From NCBI GenBank assembly GCA_012295275.1, contig CM022672.1, positions 26,970,001 to 27,034,000 on the forward strand: a stretch of DNA of 64,000 nt, given 5' to 3'. This DNA comes from Chrysomallon squamiferum. Taxonomy: Eukaryota; Animalia; Mollusca. The notes beneath the pieces are model-generated. The model was not told the DNA's origin. It was given only the letters and a program-made list of their open reading frames with translations, and made no database searches. Position numbers and translations under genes: made by a program. Shown here piece by piece: positions 1-14,445 of the stretch (within the stretch, counting starts at the first letter, position 1; each line of letters begins with the position of its first letter).

Positions 1-145
1 CTATTTGCGTACAGACATTAATATAAACAATATCACAATTGTAATTTAATAACTTTTTGGTTTATATACCTCTAAGATAAGGAACACATCTGCTAATAGT
101 AATTAATTTTATAACAAAGAATCTGTGATGTTTTTTTCCCCTCAG

Positions 146-269
146 TGGCTGGCCAATTAGGATTCACAAATTGCCAACTGAAAAACACACAGGACATGAA
201 AAAGAATTTCAACTTCCAGTCTTTGCATTTATGGCAACAAAATTTAAGAAAATGCCAAATATGAAACAG
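146..269 (+). CDS. METTL13: METTL13 exon a
   Basis: cag|..[25 protein letters not shown]..|gtaagt. Confidence 0.85.
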
Positions 270-725
270 GTAAGTAATACATACCCAGCATTTCCATAAA
301 ATAAAATTTTAAAATGTTTATAATATCTGCATTATGTTAAAATTTACCATCTTTATAGTAATAAAAGTGAAAACTGAAATGTTGATATCAGTATATATTG
401 TTTTACAGTATTCTAATATAACCATACAGGCTAAAATATGAAGGTGGAGAATATCATTTTAATATTTTTTTTAATTCCAGATATTGGAGATTTCAGGTTC
501 TGAAAATAAAGTGGATCGAGTGGATAGTTCTGAAAAACTGATATCAGTAATAAAAGAGATGCAGTACTACGCAATAATCAGACAGCAGTTATCTCAACGG
601 TATTTTCTTTATTTTGTTTTGTACAGTTATAAATTAATCCTTTCAAATTTGTCTTCATTTTATGATTGTAATAAGAAGAATTGGTTTTAACTAATTCTTT
701 CATTATTCTCTCTCTCGCTCTCTCT

Positions 726-759
<34 letters not shown>

Positions 760-2361
760 CTTTATTTTGCTCTTAATGTCATAACCTCCAAATCATTCTA
801 TTTTCAGTAATGATAAATAATATCTTTTAAAATAAAATATTTTAAATTAAACTTTTTATTTTGTCAGTAAGGTGTGTGGAGAACAGCCAGTTCTCTGTCT
901 GTACAGTGATGTGTCCAGTTCACCTAGGTACACTCTGTACATTGTCGACAGTGAAAACAAATGTGCCAACAAGTTTGCAATATTTATTGCTCCTGAAGGA
1001 AGGTGGGTAATCATCATTTTGAATTCTAACGTTGATGATCCCAGGCTAGATATGTTGATATGTATGTGATTTGAAGTTTTTGTGTGCAATTATAAATGTG
1101 TGAAAGTAAACATATACATAGACATGCCCCAAAATGTTGAACTGAATTAGACATCTTACATATTAAAAGTTAATGTGTTTTTTTAACATATAGCACAAAA
1201 TTTTGGGTTTTAACTTTTATAAAATCCCACTAAATTTTGGAGTTGTGAACAATTTTGTTTTCTTCTTCTCTGCACTGGTTTATATACTTACGTTGACTGT
1301 AAATACTGGTTTGTGTTTCAGAGAGTCAGACTGGATATTCAGCACAGAAACCGGTCGTCTGGAGCTGTCAGAGAGTGCTGGGTTTCAGCGTCTCATCATC
1401 GTCACTCTGAACAGAAACCACGTTTATAAAGATCTTGACTCCATTAAGGCTGAACTGTCTGAGAAGGTCATGGAACTTGTTCCACCATCATTCAAAGAAG
1501 GTGTTCAGGTATACAGATATTTTTTATTTGTTTAATGTTCTGTTTTCTACTAAACTGTTCTCTGTCATCAATGACAGATTATACATTGCTTCCCTTAGAT
1601 CTGGGACTTCGCTATATTTGGCATACATGTAACAGTATTATATAGATCAGGACCTCTTTCTACTTGGCATTGGCAATTTATATACATTTTTTAAAAATTT
1701 TGTTTACAAAGTAAATTTCAAATTCTTTGTAAATGTTAAAATTTGATTTGCATTTTCTCCTGTATAATCTGGTATTAGTCTGTGCATGTGCAATTAAAAC
1801 ATATCAATATGTGCAAAAATTAATCCATCAACATTTTATCTCCCCAACAGTTAATAATATATCTGTTATTATGAAAAATCCCTGCACTGTCTTAAATTTT
1901 GCTTATCATTAAATACATATAAATTTGTCTTTTTTTTTTGTTAAGTTGTTTTGTATTTATTTTATTTTTTTAAATGGTTTAAATACTATTTTTATTATCT
2001 AATTTATGAAATGTAGTAAGTAATAATAAACATAAATTGTGTGTAATTTCATTTTAGGTGCCTTTCCTGTCTTTTGGTGAAACTTTTGGGAAAAGAATTG
2101 TAAGACAAGAAGGTGACAGTGAACTGAGTGGCAGATATGTTGTAGAAGATGTTGAGGCTGACAACAGCGTCATGTTGAGACGCCTGATTTTCCTCGCCAC
2201 AGACAACATCATCCAGTCTGAGGCCAGGCTGTTGAAAGGTTTGTGATTTTACCCATTCTGATATAAATATCAAATATCATAAATATATTTTATTTGTGCC
2301 TGAAAATCAGTCTTTACATTACAGTATTTCATAATGTTTAAATATTGTAAAAAAATTTATA

Positions 2362-2400
<39 letters not shown>

Positions 2401-4866
2401 GTTTTAATGTGTTTTTTCAGAAGAGTATATGCTTACATCATATTATATATATGTTTTATTTTTTATAGACCAAAAGAAAAATTCTTCTCCCCTCTCTGTA
2501 GACAAGAGTTATCTTTCTTGTGACCATCACATTTCCATGGTAGCAGGTCTTGCATTTGTAGAAGATTATAAGCCTGATGGAGGTAAAGATTAATTTTGTT
2601 TTTATTTTTGTGTAAGATTTTAATCTTAAAATGCAGTTATTCATAGACAAAGTATTAATCCAGAATCATGTGAGTGGATGAAATACATTTTCTAGGTACG
2701 TATACAATACACACACAAACACACACTCACACATGAACTAATGTATGTAAAAATAAAACTGTTAAGACTAATCATGTTAAAGAGATTTTATTTAATAAAA
2801 TTAATATGTGTACAAAAGTAACCAAACAGTCATGACAAATCTTGTTTAAAATCATTTTTACTGATCCATTATTTTATTATATTTTTTTACAAATGATTTT
2901 CTTGTTTCTAGACAAACAGCTGTCAAGTTTGCTTGTTGGTCTTGGAGGAGGTGGTCTTCCTGTCTATATTCATGAATATTTCCCAAATGTAAGAACCACT
3001 GATAAAATAATTTACTATACAATAGCAAAACACATTTTTTTAAATATATATATATATTATTGTTAAAAACAAATAGTATGAATATATTCCATATTTTTCA
3101 GAAAGTTGCAAGTCTGTTTATGATAACTGAAACCCAGTCAGCATCAAATCTTTACAATTTTCTGGCTGTTGATGCTACAAAAAAAAAAAAAATAATAAAT
3201 AATAATAATAGTGTGCTGTTGTTGCATAAGTTTTGACCTATCTCATGCAGTTATCATGGGCTCATAATAATTTTCAGGCAATTTTGTGAAAAAACACTCA
3301 TCTATGGATTTTTCAGAAGAATATGTGACACTTGTTATAATATTTATTATGTTTCCATTGTTTATTTTGTAGATTTCTATAGATGTGGTAGAAATTGATC
3401 CTATCATTGTGGACATTGCAACACGATGGTTTGGTTTTACTCAGGATGACAAATTAAAAGTTCACGTAGCAGATGGTCTTGACTTCATTCAGAAAGCAGC
3501 TGTTGAAGGTATTTTAGACTGTCAGTCCTAGATTCCAAACTGTCATGGCTCTTCCTTTCTTCTTCTTGGTTTTTGACTAATTTTGAGTGTGTGAGTTTTT
3601 GTAAGAGTAAATGGATTGGGTATTTATGTATATTAATATATATTTGTTAGGAAGTATGTATGTAAGTGAATGTGTACTGATGTAAATATGAATCTTTATT
3701 TTCTTACTGTACCTTGTTCTTACATTTGTTATCAGCCTTTTATTAAGTCACTTAATCAGTAAATAAATATATATATCTAGTTCTTTTATAAATCTTTTTT
3801 TCTTTTTTTTTAATTTAGTAACATTGTACTTATTGTTTTTACTTTTGAATATATTTATTTACACTGGACTATGGAAAAATATATTTATTTTTATAACATT
3901 CACATAATTCTATATAAGTGTAAAACACACAACAAAACATTAACAAATAAATATTGTAAAACTAAATCCCAACAAATTTCCTCCAATAGTTTAAATTTTC
4001 ATATTCAGTTTTTATTACTATTTGTGTTTTCACCAGAATAAATGAACCAGTGATCATTAGTTACATAAGTATAACAATTTATGTGTTTTCTGCAGGCAAG
4101 AAATACACCACTGTGATGTTTGATATTGACAGCAAGGACAGGACTTTAGGACTGAGTTGTCCTCCCATGAGCTTTCTGGAGATGGATTTCTTACAAACAA
4201 CAGCATCACTGGTAGATGAAGGGGGTGAGTTGTATATCACATCACACATTACACTGTGCCTCTTAGACTATTTCATTGTCATTCAGCCTCACGTCTTGAT
4301 CACAACATGTCATTTACCTATGTCTAATTACTTTATGTCTAGTGTAATATTAGCTCAATAGGGACACATAGCAATTTGACATTTGATCTTCACAGGGTTC
4401 ATTTCTTAAGACAGTAACCCCCACACACACACCAAATATATATATACCACACATTGCTTCTCTTTAATTCAGTTATTGCTGTTTTTAATTTAGCTTTCTT
4501 TTTTGCATTTTTATGTTATTCTTAAGGTCAGAAGTTCTCAACCTCAGGCATATTCTTTTTATTATTATTATTATTTTCTTGCTTTCAGGTGTGTTTATCT
4601 TGAATCTCGTGTGTCGAGATGAGTGTTTGAAGCAGACTGTAATGGACAGAATTCACTCAGTTTTCAGTGCAGTGTTTGTTGTTGCTATACAGAGCGAAGT
4701 TAATGAAACTGTGTTTGCCATCAAAAGAAGTCCAGCAAACAGTAAAACAGATTACTTGACTGATATTAAAGAGGCAGTGAAAAGCATTAACCGTTTTGTT
4801 CAGTCAAAAGCCAAGTCTGCTGAAATAGATCTTGTAGAAGCTTTAGAAACATTGAAAATCAGGTGA
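146..4866 (+). CDS. METTL13: eEF1A lysine/N-terminal methyltransferase (METTL13), 3' part, 10 exons; 5' end lies outside window
   Basis: Phase-consistent GT-AG exons; motifs [45 protein letters not shown] (SAM-binding), [27 protein letters not shown]; stop TGA 4864-4866. Confidence 0.93.
481..599 (+). CDS. METTL13: METTL13 exon b
   Basis: cag|[24 protein letters not shown]|gt, phase 0-2. Confidence 0.85.
868..1002 (+). CDS. METTL13: METTL13 exon c
   Basis: [19 protein letters not shown], phase 2-2. Confidence 0.9.
1322..1508 (+). CDS. METTL13: METTL13 exon d
   Basis: [31 protein letters not shown], phase 2-0. Confidence 0.9.
2058..2238 (+). CDS. METTL13: METTL13 exon e
   Basis: [29 protein letters not shown], phase 0-1. 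Confidence 0.9.
2469..2582 (+). CDS. METTL13: METTL13 exon f
   Basis: [18 protein letters not shown], phase 1-1. Confidence 0.85.
2912..2988 (+). CDS. METTL13: METTL13 exon g (SAM-binding motif I)
   Basis: [15 protein letters not shown], phase 1-0. Confidence 0.9.
3373..3508 (+). CDS. METTL13: METTL13 exon h
   Basis: [30 protein letters not shown], phase 0-1. Confidence 0.9.
4096..4224 (+). CDS. METTL13: METTL13 exon i
   Basis: [18 protein letters not shown], phase 1-1. Confidence 0.9.
4589..4866 (+). CDS. METTL13: METTL13 last coding exon
   Basis: [26 protein letters not shown] stop. Confidence 0.9.
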
Positions 4867-5304
4867 CAAGAATGTTAACTGATTTTGTGTTTGTTATGTT
4901 TAAAACAAGTATTTTCTGTTGTTGTATTTTTCTGTTACAAATGAAAGAAATACATGTTTTGTTATTATTATCTTAAACACATATGGAGAGGTGTTTTTGA
5001 TTAAGTATATCTTGGCATAATGCTACCAAAATGTGATTGTGTCAGTATTTGGGCATTGGTGTTCACATAAATACCCCAGAATTGGAAGATAATTTCTTTT
5101 CCTTTTTCTTTCGTCCTTTTATTTTTTCTTTATTTTCTTTTTTTTCCCCTTTTTTTCATTCTTTTCTTTCTTTCTTTCTTTATTTCTTTATTTGTTTTGT
5201 TTTGTTTTGTTCTATTATTATTTTCATTTCTTTCATTTTTTGTTGTTATTCTTGTTGTTCAGTGTTATGTTTCCTTTTTCAGTTCAGTTTTATTATAAAA
5301 AGAA

Positions 5305-5310
5305 AATAAA
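5305..5310 (+). terminator. candidate polyadenylation signal for METTL13
   Basis: AATAAA about 440 nt after the stop, followed by further AATAAA; weak evidence in AT-rich DNA. Confidence 0.3.
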
Positions 5311-8300
5311 TAATAAATCTTGTATTTTAATATGTCCACTGGATGTCAGAGTGTATTTCATTCGGTTGTAATTAATTTTATTGTTCAGACAGATAAATAT
5401 TTGTATTGAAGTTTATTTTTTATTTATTTAATTATTTAATCTTTTTTGTTTTCTTATTAAAAGTATCATTTGTGTCCAGTTTTCAATTTTAATTTTTTAA
5501 TTTTTAAAGGTTGTTTTTATTTTTATTTATTTATAATCGTACAAAATAAATCCATTTTCTTCTTTTTTTTCTTTAAGTGATTGTTTTGTTAATGATAATG
5601 TGACAACAGCTTTATCTCAGTCTTCACATATTTAGCATGGATTACTTATTTATTATTATTATTAAACATTGGTGTCCAGAAAAAACAAGTATACAAAATA
5701 TATTTTGGCTCTTCAGTTGTATCTTCTTAGGCAAACTTTGATAGATTTAGTTTGGATCAGAAATTATCATCTATCACTTTATTTTTACACTGACTTCCAA
5801 CAATAAATACATAGTATATACTTCATTGGTTGTAGGTGTGAATTTCACATCCTGAATATTACTAATAAATCTCATATTTTCCTTTTCATACAGTTTTGTT
5901 GTTTGTGATTTAATAATGAAATGAAATAATCATTCCAAACTTTGTATGGACTAAGACTCTTTTCTTATGAAATAAGTTAATTTAATCTGATGCTTGGTAT
6001 GAATAGTAAGAGTAACCATAAAATAGCACCAGCAGATTTTTTTTGTCTGCTGAAGTTTCAAACTAATGTGATGATACAAAAACAGTTTTAAACTTGATAG
6101 CAAGTAACACATATCTTGTTATCTCTAAATAATAAATGAAAAAAAAAAAGACTAAATAAGAAAACAATATTCTAATTTATAAACCCATTTGTAAATATTT
6201 GTATTTTATATACATACATACTTAATATTCCATACCAGAGACACATATTCAAAAATAGCTCAAGTAAGTATACACTGACATATTCATAAATACGTGTATT
6301 GATATAAATATTTTTAGTTCTATTAGTTTGGTCATAATAGTTATTTTAATGGTTGTTAAAATGATTGTAGTAATACAGAAATATAGTTAAAGTAGTGGGT
6401 GTAGTTCTTGTCATAGTAAAATATTAGTAATGGTAATAATGATAATAGCTGTAATAACAGTATCCATACAGTAAAACTTTCATATACTAACAGTTGTAAT
6501 AAAAGTGTACTAATAATATTAATAATTGTTAAGTTGCTGTTAAATATATGGCTAATATTTCTTAGATTATTTTCATAAAACATTTGTGTGTACAACAGTT
6601 TATTTTCATCTGCAAGCTGCAAATAGAAGCAAACCACTGAGATCAGATAACAATTGTAACAGAAACTCTACATTTTCTTTTTCATCTACAGCTGACACAT
6701 GTTAAGAATGTTATGTAAATAAAAATGTCTTGCCTAATGAAATAAGTGGTGTATTTTATAGCTAAGCATTAACATGAAAACAGCTGTAGAACCACTAGTG
6801 TTTTGGTTATCCAGTCTGATAGGTACAAACATACCAAACTTTTTCTTTTATTTTTAATGTCTAGTCCATTCTGCTTGTTGTACAAGGGGGTAATGACTTC
6901 CTATATGTCGTTAACTTCACCATCTCTCTCAGCTGTTTACAGAAGAAATAAATAACCTTATCTCCCTCTGAAAGCCTTGGAACGAGCCACTTAACTGTTA
7001 GGAGAAGTGTAGGAAACAGGTCCATGACCAGTTTTGTCCATGGGAGGGGGTGTCTATTTCTTTTAGTTCTGCTCATCTGATAACTCAGAAAAAACATTTC
7101 AGCAGTCTGATGTATTTTTTTAATAAACAAGTATTTGATAGTTATGTGTAAACAGTATCAAATTAGCATGCTAGATTTTAATTTTAGCCATATTTTAATG
7201 TTTGTTGAATATAGATATCCTGCATCATCCTAAATGATAATCTATATAGAAATATTCAGAAGCTGTGCAATAGTTAAAGTAAACAGTTATTAATTTTGTA
7301 TAATTATTTCTAACAAACCTTTAATGATAATAAAAAGGAATATATAGTGGAGTTACATCATGTAATCTTTAAAAACATTTGCCGTTCTTAATCATACCTC
7401 TTTTTCTATATCTATATATTTTTTTCTGTCTCTGTATTTTAGTTTTCTTGCTATTATATCTTTCATTTCACTTTCTTTCTCTCTTGTTCCCTCTCTTGCC
7501 TTATGAATTTACTAATGTTAAAAATTGACTTGTTATTAAGACCAGTATATTTGATATTTATTAATAAAGTGTTATGCATTCTAGTTACAAACTATTCAGT
7601 TTAATTCCATAAGCTCCTTGCAATTTCTCATTTATTAGTGTCTTCATATCACTGACAATCCAGTCCAGTAATAATGCCAGGAATATTTTGTAAATAGGCC
7701 AAGCAGTCATTAATATTTAAAATGCAAGATGTTATCAGCTATAAGCGATAGAGATAACAAAGTGTATCAGCTATCAACATGTTTTTACAAGAAACTGAAG
7801 AGCATTGGTAGCTACATCACTATCAACACATACTTAACAGTGTTGATATCTTAACTTGCTCCCTCAGTGTTCTGACCCTATAGCAGCAGTAGACCTGATG
7901 TTTCCTACATCACCCCCAACTTTATTTTCTGGTTCTGATAGTTTAAAGAACCTCCCATGTTTCTAACTCTACTTAAAAATATAATCCTGTTTTATTACTT
8001 GGTTAAAGAGCTCATCTATGTTTTGTAACCATTGCCAATGCTGCCTTCTTGTTTCTGGCCTTGAAAACTTCCATTTCCCCTCTGTATCCTGGCCCTGTCA
8101 TCTGCCTTCACTGTTTTCTGATCCTTCTGTCTCCCCCTGTTTTCCCACCCTACCACCTGCCTCCCCTCTTTTATGCCCTGCTACTTCATCTTTTACTCCA
8201 TGACCCATACTCTGTCTCCACACCTTTTTGTTTTCATAATTTTGGGGGGGGACCTCTTAATTGCATCCCCCCTCCCACATTTTCTTTCCCTGCTATCTGC

Positions 8301-8700
8301 CTCCCCTTTCTTTTGCAGCCCTACTGTTTTGATTTCCACTGCTGAGTGTCTCTTCACTCGGTAGACTAGTAGTGTAGTGTTCCTCCAGAGATGATGACTG
8401 TCAGATAAATATAACTGCATGTATTTTAAGACTGGTTCCAATTGCAGTACTACATTCTTTCTTCACTTTTGAGAGTGCAGGACACTCTAGAAAAGTAAAG
8501 AAGAAGAAAGGGGAAAAGAAACTATCAAACTTGTCTGGGATTTCTTACAATTGTTTCTCTCTGTTGTAATTTACATTTAGGGATACATTTCACTGAATTG
8601 TGCTTTTGTAACAGAGAACTTTTCTCCTTTTTATTTAATTTTTTTAACTTGTGGAAAAGAAAAAGAATATTTTAAGTTCTGTAAAAGAGGAACAATTCGT

Positions 8701-8767
8701 AAAAGTTCTTTGAGGAGGACAAAATTCTAAAAGTTCTTTGAGGAGGACAAAATTCTAAAAGTTCTTT
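8701..8767. repeat. 28-bp direct tandem repeat, about 2.4 copies, upstream of hemicentin ATG
   Basis: aaaagttctttgaggaggacaaaattct repeated exactly. Confidence 0.85.
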
Positions 8768-8904
8768 CTTTGTGAAGATGAAGCTAAGGATTTAATATAT
8801 TATTTGTTACAAATGGAATTCTGAATTGTTTTATTTTTTTTTTTTTATGGATTTCACTTTCAAGACGATGTTAATTTTTCACTAAACTGTTACATCATAG
8901 AATT

Positions 8905-9163
8905 ATGTGCTTTCAGAAGTGTTATGTGCTACCACTCATTGTGGGGTTTCTTTTCATTCCAAGTTTGGTGGTGTCATCACATACACAGGATGTTGATGCA
9001 CCTATAGGTGCAGCATCACTGGCCTTTGTGTTTGATATTACAGGATCGATGTATGATGATTTGGTACAGGTTATTGAAGGTGCTGCAAAGATTTTGGCCA
9101 CTGCATTATCTCGAAGAGAAAAACCTTTGTACAACTATGTTTTAGTGCCATTCCATGACCCAG
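8905..9163 (+). CDS. HMCN1: hemicentin exon 1 (signal peptide, VWA)
   Basis: MCFQK..FDITGSM..VPFHDP|gtaata. Confidence 0.9.
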
Positions 9164-9873
9164 GTAATAACTTTTCTTTATCTTTTTATGATATGTATGT
9201 AAATATGTTTATTTGTATGTACATATCTGCAGGTTGTGTGTGTTTGTGTGTGTGTGATCAATCAGTTCATGCTACTGTTTCAAAAACATCATCTATACAG
9301 TTGGTAATGCTCATTAATTTAATGGTTTCTTTCTATCAATATATTCACTTATATATCCATCATCCTTTCATTCATCTATAATCTTCTTACAACTTTTATT
9401 TTTCATTAAAATAAAATATTTAGAAGATGTTTCTTAAACATCATTTAATAAGACATACATGTATAATCCGATAATATTTAAGTTTTCTATTTTTAGAAAT
9501 TTTGACCTGAATTTTAATAAAATGGGTTCACAGACTTCTTTTTTCTTTCTTCTGCTCTAAAATTCTTTGAATTCTGTGTTAGACTGAAATACATGTTCTC
9601 TGAAGTGGAAGCATGTTTTTCTGGCCAAGCCTAAATTTCTAAAATTCTTCAAAACCCATTAGGCAGAATGTAAAATATTCCGACACATCAAGCAAGACAC
9701 ACTTTCCGAGGTTTTGCTGCTCTACACAAGTTTTAGGCTTCAGATGTGTTTTGTGAAAACTAGTAGTGCTGTTTTTCACTCATTCGTGAAAGATAATTAG
9801 GCAGATTACTTTAATTTTGAAATTTTAAAAATTGTTATTACTATTGCTACTATTACTAAGAGCAATTTGATGC

Positions 9874-9922
<49 letters not shown>

Positions 9923-12900
9923 TAATTTTGTTTTTCTTGTTATTTTGATACTATTTGAATTCAGTTCAGTCTAGTTCATTTGTTTTCATTTTTTTTCAGT
10001 TTTTCCTAAATCTGTTCATTTCAGTTTAATTCTGATCAGTTTTAGTTCAGTTGATTTTAGTTTAATTTTATGTTAATTAAAATTCATTATGGTTTATTTG
10101 AATTCTGTTAATTACATTTCACTTCAGTTCAGAAACCTTTATTTCTTTGATTTGATTAAGTTAATTATAGTTAATTTTTATTTTATTTCAATTTATTTTG
10201 TTTAGTTCATGATTTTAACTGATGTAAAATCTATTTTTATAATACACTGTGACCAATACATCTACCTCATTGTTCCAGTTGTTAAGACATCAAATTAGTC
10301 ACACATTCTAGATGTAACAAAATCCATAAATCAAAACTGAGAAACAAAAATGTGAAAGTTAAGTTGATATCAGCACACAGTTTTGCCAATGTTTAGCCAT
10401 CGTACATTTTTTAACCAATTTTTTTTTTTTATATCAGATTTTATATTAGATTTTGTTAGGTTAGAAATGATTAAATAATAATTTCTGTATTAATTATTAT
10501 ATATTTTATTTACATATTAATAGTTTGTGTGTGTGTGTGTGTGTGTGTGAAACATATTTTATGTCTTATTTTCTTTTGTATTATTATAATGATGTTTAAA
10601 TTTTATCTACTTAATAAGGAGGGGAGATAAAAAATAATAAAATAAAATAAAAGAGCAGATAAATTCTGTTATTGTTATTTTTGACATATAGATATTGGAC
10701 CATATCTTGTAACTTCTGACCCTGAAGAGTTCCAGCGAGAGTTACGGTCCCTTTATGTGCAGGGTGGAGGTGACTGCCCAGAAATGAGTGTTGGAGCTAT
10801 ACAACTGGCCCTGGACGTGTCCCTACCCAACTCGTTCATCTACGTGTTCACTGATGCCAGGTCCAAAGATTACTACCTCACTGAAGATGTGCTCACTTTA
10901 ATTCAACAGAAACAGAGTCAGGTAATTAGTAATAAACCTGTACATTCCCTTTAATTCAACAGAAACAGAGTCAGGTAATTAGTAATAAACCTGTACATTC
11001 CCTTTAATTCAACAGAAACAGAGTCAGGTAATTAGTAATAAACCTGTACATTCCCTTTAATTCAGCAGAAACAGAGTCAGGTAATTAGTAATAAACCTGT
11101 ACATTGATTTTAATTCAACAGAAACAGAGTCAGGTAATTAGTAATAAACCTGTACATTCCCTTTAATTCAGCAGAAACAGAGTCAGGTAATTAGTAATAA
11201 ACCTATACATTCCCTTTAATTCAGCAGAAACAGAGTCAGGTAATTATTAATAAACCTGTACATTGATTTCAATTCAACAGAAACAGAGTCAGGTAATTAT
11301 TAATAAACCTGTACATTGATTTTAATTCAACAGAAACAGAGTCAGGTAATTATTAATAAACCTGTACATTGATTTTAATTCAACAGAAACAGAGTCAGGT
11401 AATTATTAATAAACCTGTACATTGATTTTAATTCAACAGAAACAGAGTCAGGTAATTAGTAATAAACCTGTACATTCACTTTAATTCAACAGAAACCGAG
11501 TCAGGTAATTAGTAATAAACCTGTACATTGATTTTAATTCAACAGAAACCGAGTCAGGTAATTATTAATAAACCTGTACATTCACTTTACTTCAACAGAA
11601 ACAGAGTCAGGTAATTAGTAATAAACCTGTACATTCACTTTAATTCAACAGAAACCGAGTCAGGTAATTAGTAATAAACCTGTACATTCACTTTAATTCA
11701 ACAGAAACCGAGTCAGGTAATTAGTAATAAACCTGTACATTCACTTTACTTCAACAGAAACAGAGTCAGGTAATTAGTAATAAACCTGTACATTCACTTT
11801 AATTCAACAGAAACCGAGTCAGGTAATTAGTAATAAACCTGTACATTCACTTTAATTCAACAGAAACCGAGTCAGGTAATTAGTAATAAACCTGTACATT
11901 CACTTTACTTCAACAGAAACAGAGTCAGGTAATTAGTAATAAACCTGTACATTGATTTTAATTCAACAGAAACAGAGTCAGGTAATTATTAATAAACCTG
12001 TACATTGATTTTAATTCAACAGAAACAGAGTCAGGTAATTATTAATAAACCTGTACATTCACTTTACTTCAACAGAAACAGAGTCAGGTAATTACTGTCC
12101 TTATTAATATAAACCAACCTCTGTGCTAATCAGTAAGTTTAGATGTGCACGTGTGTGTGTGTGGGTGGATGCGTGCATGCATGCATGCATGCATGTCATT
12201 TTCAAGAACAGTATTAAAGAGAAAACTCATATGGGCTTCTCCTGTTGACTAACAGCAAGACATCAGTTATGTTTATTTTCATTACAGAAACTACATACAA
12301 AGTAAACATGGTCTTTGATATATTTGGTTTTGAAGTACTGGGTGGAACAGGAAGTAGACTATTAGATTCATCTATGAGTATTAACCATACTATCTATTAA
12401 GTTAGAATCTATTTTCCATCTAAAATAAATAAAGAAACAAACAAACAAACAAATAAACAAACAATAAACATTAAGAAAAGGGAAAACAAATCAAACATAC
12501 AAAAATAAATAACCCACAGCTTTAGCAGCCAGAAAAGTAAAAAAGCAATGCTAACTTCACAAGCCTCATTTATTCCCATTCCCATGAAGCACACAGGTTC
12601 TAAATAAACTCTGCATGAGAATGCTGATTTCCAGACCAGATTAAGAAGATGTATGTTTTGTTAATGTGGAAAACATCATTATTTTCTTGTTCCCTTGTCT
12701 CCATTTGCAATCACTGAAAAACAGATTTAAAACATTTGCAGAGCTGTGTACACATTGTACAGAATACATGTGTTCACCTCTTTATTTCTTAACTCCACTG
12801 TAAATCACTTTAAGTTTGATGGGGGGGCTATATATTGTAGAGAGACATTTGATGGGAGTTATAGAGGGGAACATGTGATGTGTGTTGTATGGGAGGAGGA

Positions 12901-14406
12901 TATGTGAATAATGTTTTCTAACTTATTTTGTTCTTCCACTGATAACAGAACAAATTAATTCCTGTTTTTTGTTGTAGATTTTTAAAAACAGTTTGTCGCA
13001 TTGATTATGTTTTATTTTTTTTTTTTTTTAAATTTTGATTTATTTTAAATTAAATCTTTTATATATTAACCATATTTGTTTTTTGGTGTTTTTCTTTTTC
13101 TTTTAATATATATATATATATATTTATTTATTTATTTATTTAAAATTTTTATTGTTGTTATTATATAACATTTACTCTTTTTGTTGTAATATGCACTTTT
13201 TTATTTCATTGGTTTTCCTCTCTGTCTTTGTATATTTGTATGTAAACTACAAATAATATATCATAATTGCAGCATATACTTACATTTCTTGTCTCTTCTT
13301 TTTTCTTTTTTTTTCTTCTTTTATGTGGATACATTTTGCTATTTGTAACATCAGGTTGATCTAGAAAAACAAATTAGTAAATGACTGACAGCAACATATG
13401 TTACATCTTGTACTTGGTAATTTACTGTAATTAACGTTTAACGAGGCACGTGTTTCTGTAATAGTTTACTTCAAGGTAAATGTTCTGTACAGTAGCCAGA
13501 ACATTCTCTGTATTAAAGTAGCTCAGTGATAACATAAACTGATCATTGGATCATTGCTAATTAGTGCTCACAATAGGCATTTCCTGATACAGCTAATGAT
13601 ACCTAATTACTGTTAAAGATACCAACAAATATAGCCATATTTCTTTCAGTTTATGCAAATATACTTACATTCCTACTTACAGACACACACACACATATAT
13701 ATATATGCATACATACCTTCATATGCTCACTTTACACAAACACACACACACACACACTCACACACACACAGACACAAACACTCACACACACACACAAGGA
13801 TACAGACACATTCATATATGCAGGGAGAATATTTCTTAATGATTTTAAAATTTGTTGCTTTCTCATCTTGGCTTTAATGATAAATGTTTGAGAACATTAC
13901 TTTTATTTAATTCAGATGTTGTACTGACATAAAGTTGTTGCTATCATTTAATGTTGACTAAGCATCTAAATCATATTCTCAGCAATGCAGATCATATCAG
14001 CAGTATGCAGCTAACCACCATGTGCTATGTCTAACATGATTATCATATCTTTCTATGCAGCTATCAGTAAAATGGGAATTCCATTGGTACTACTCAAAGC
14101 AAATGCACAACTAGCCATGTACCTCATTGGCACTGAATGCCACATAAACCATTCAAAGAAGTCAGCTGGTAGATTAATAGGCTATGATTTGTTATAAGCT
14201 TAAGCTAAAAAAATATCCTGTAATGATAACAGATTGTCATCATCTGATTATAGACTTATGTTTAAATCGTCCATTACTTCTATATTTGTATATAGTGTGT
14301 ATCTGTGGAGATAAGAATGTGTTGTGTGTGTGTGTAGTGTAACTTGTGTGCATTTGTATGTGTGCGTGTATCTATGTGTGTGTTTTGTATGTATCTGTGA
14401 GTGTGA

Positions 14407-14445
<39 letters not shown>

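Noticed and set aside
5037-8441. Small intergenic ORFs between METTL13 and hemicentin
   Set aside because: Low-complexity or composition-driven, with no recognisable domain or consistent exon structure.
10893-12093. CRISPR-like array
   Set aside because: Units are contiguous near-identical copies with no unique spacers, derive from a splice junction, and no cas genes are present.
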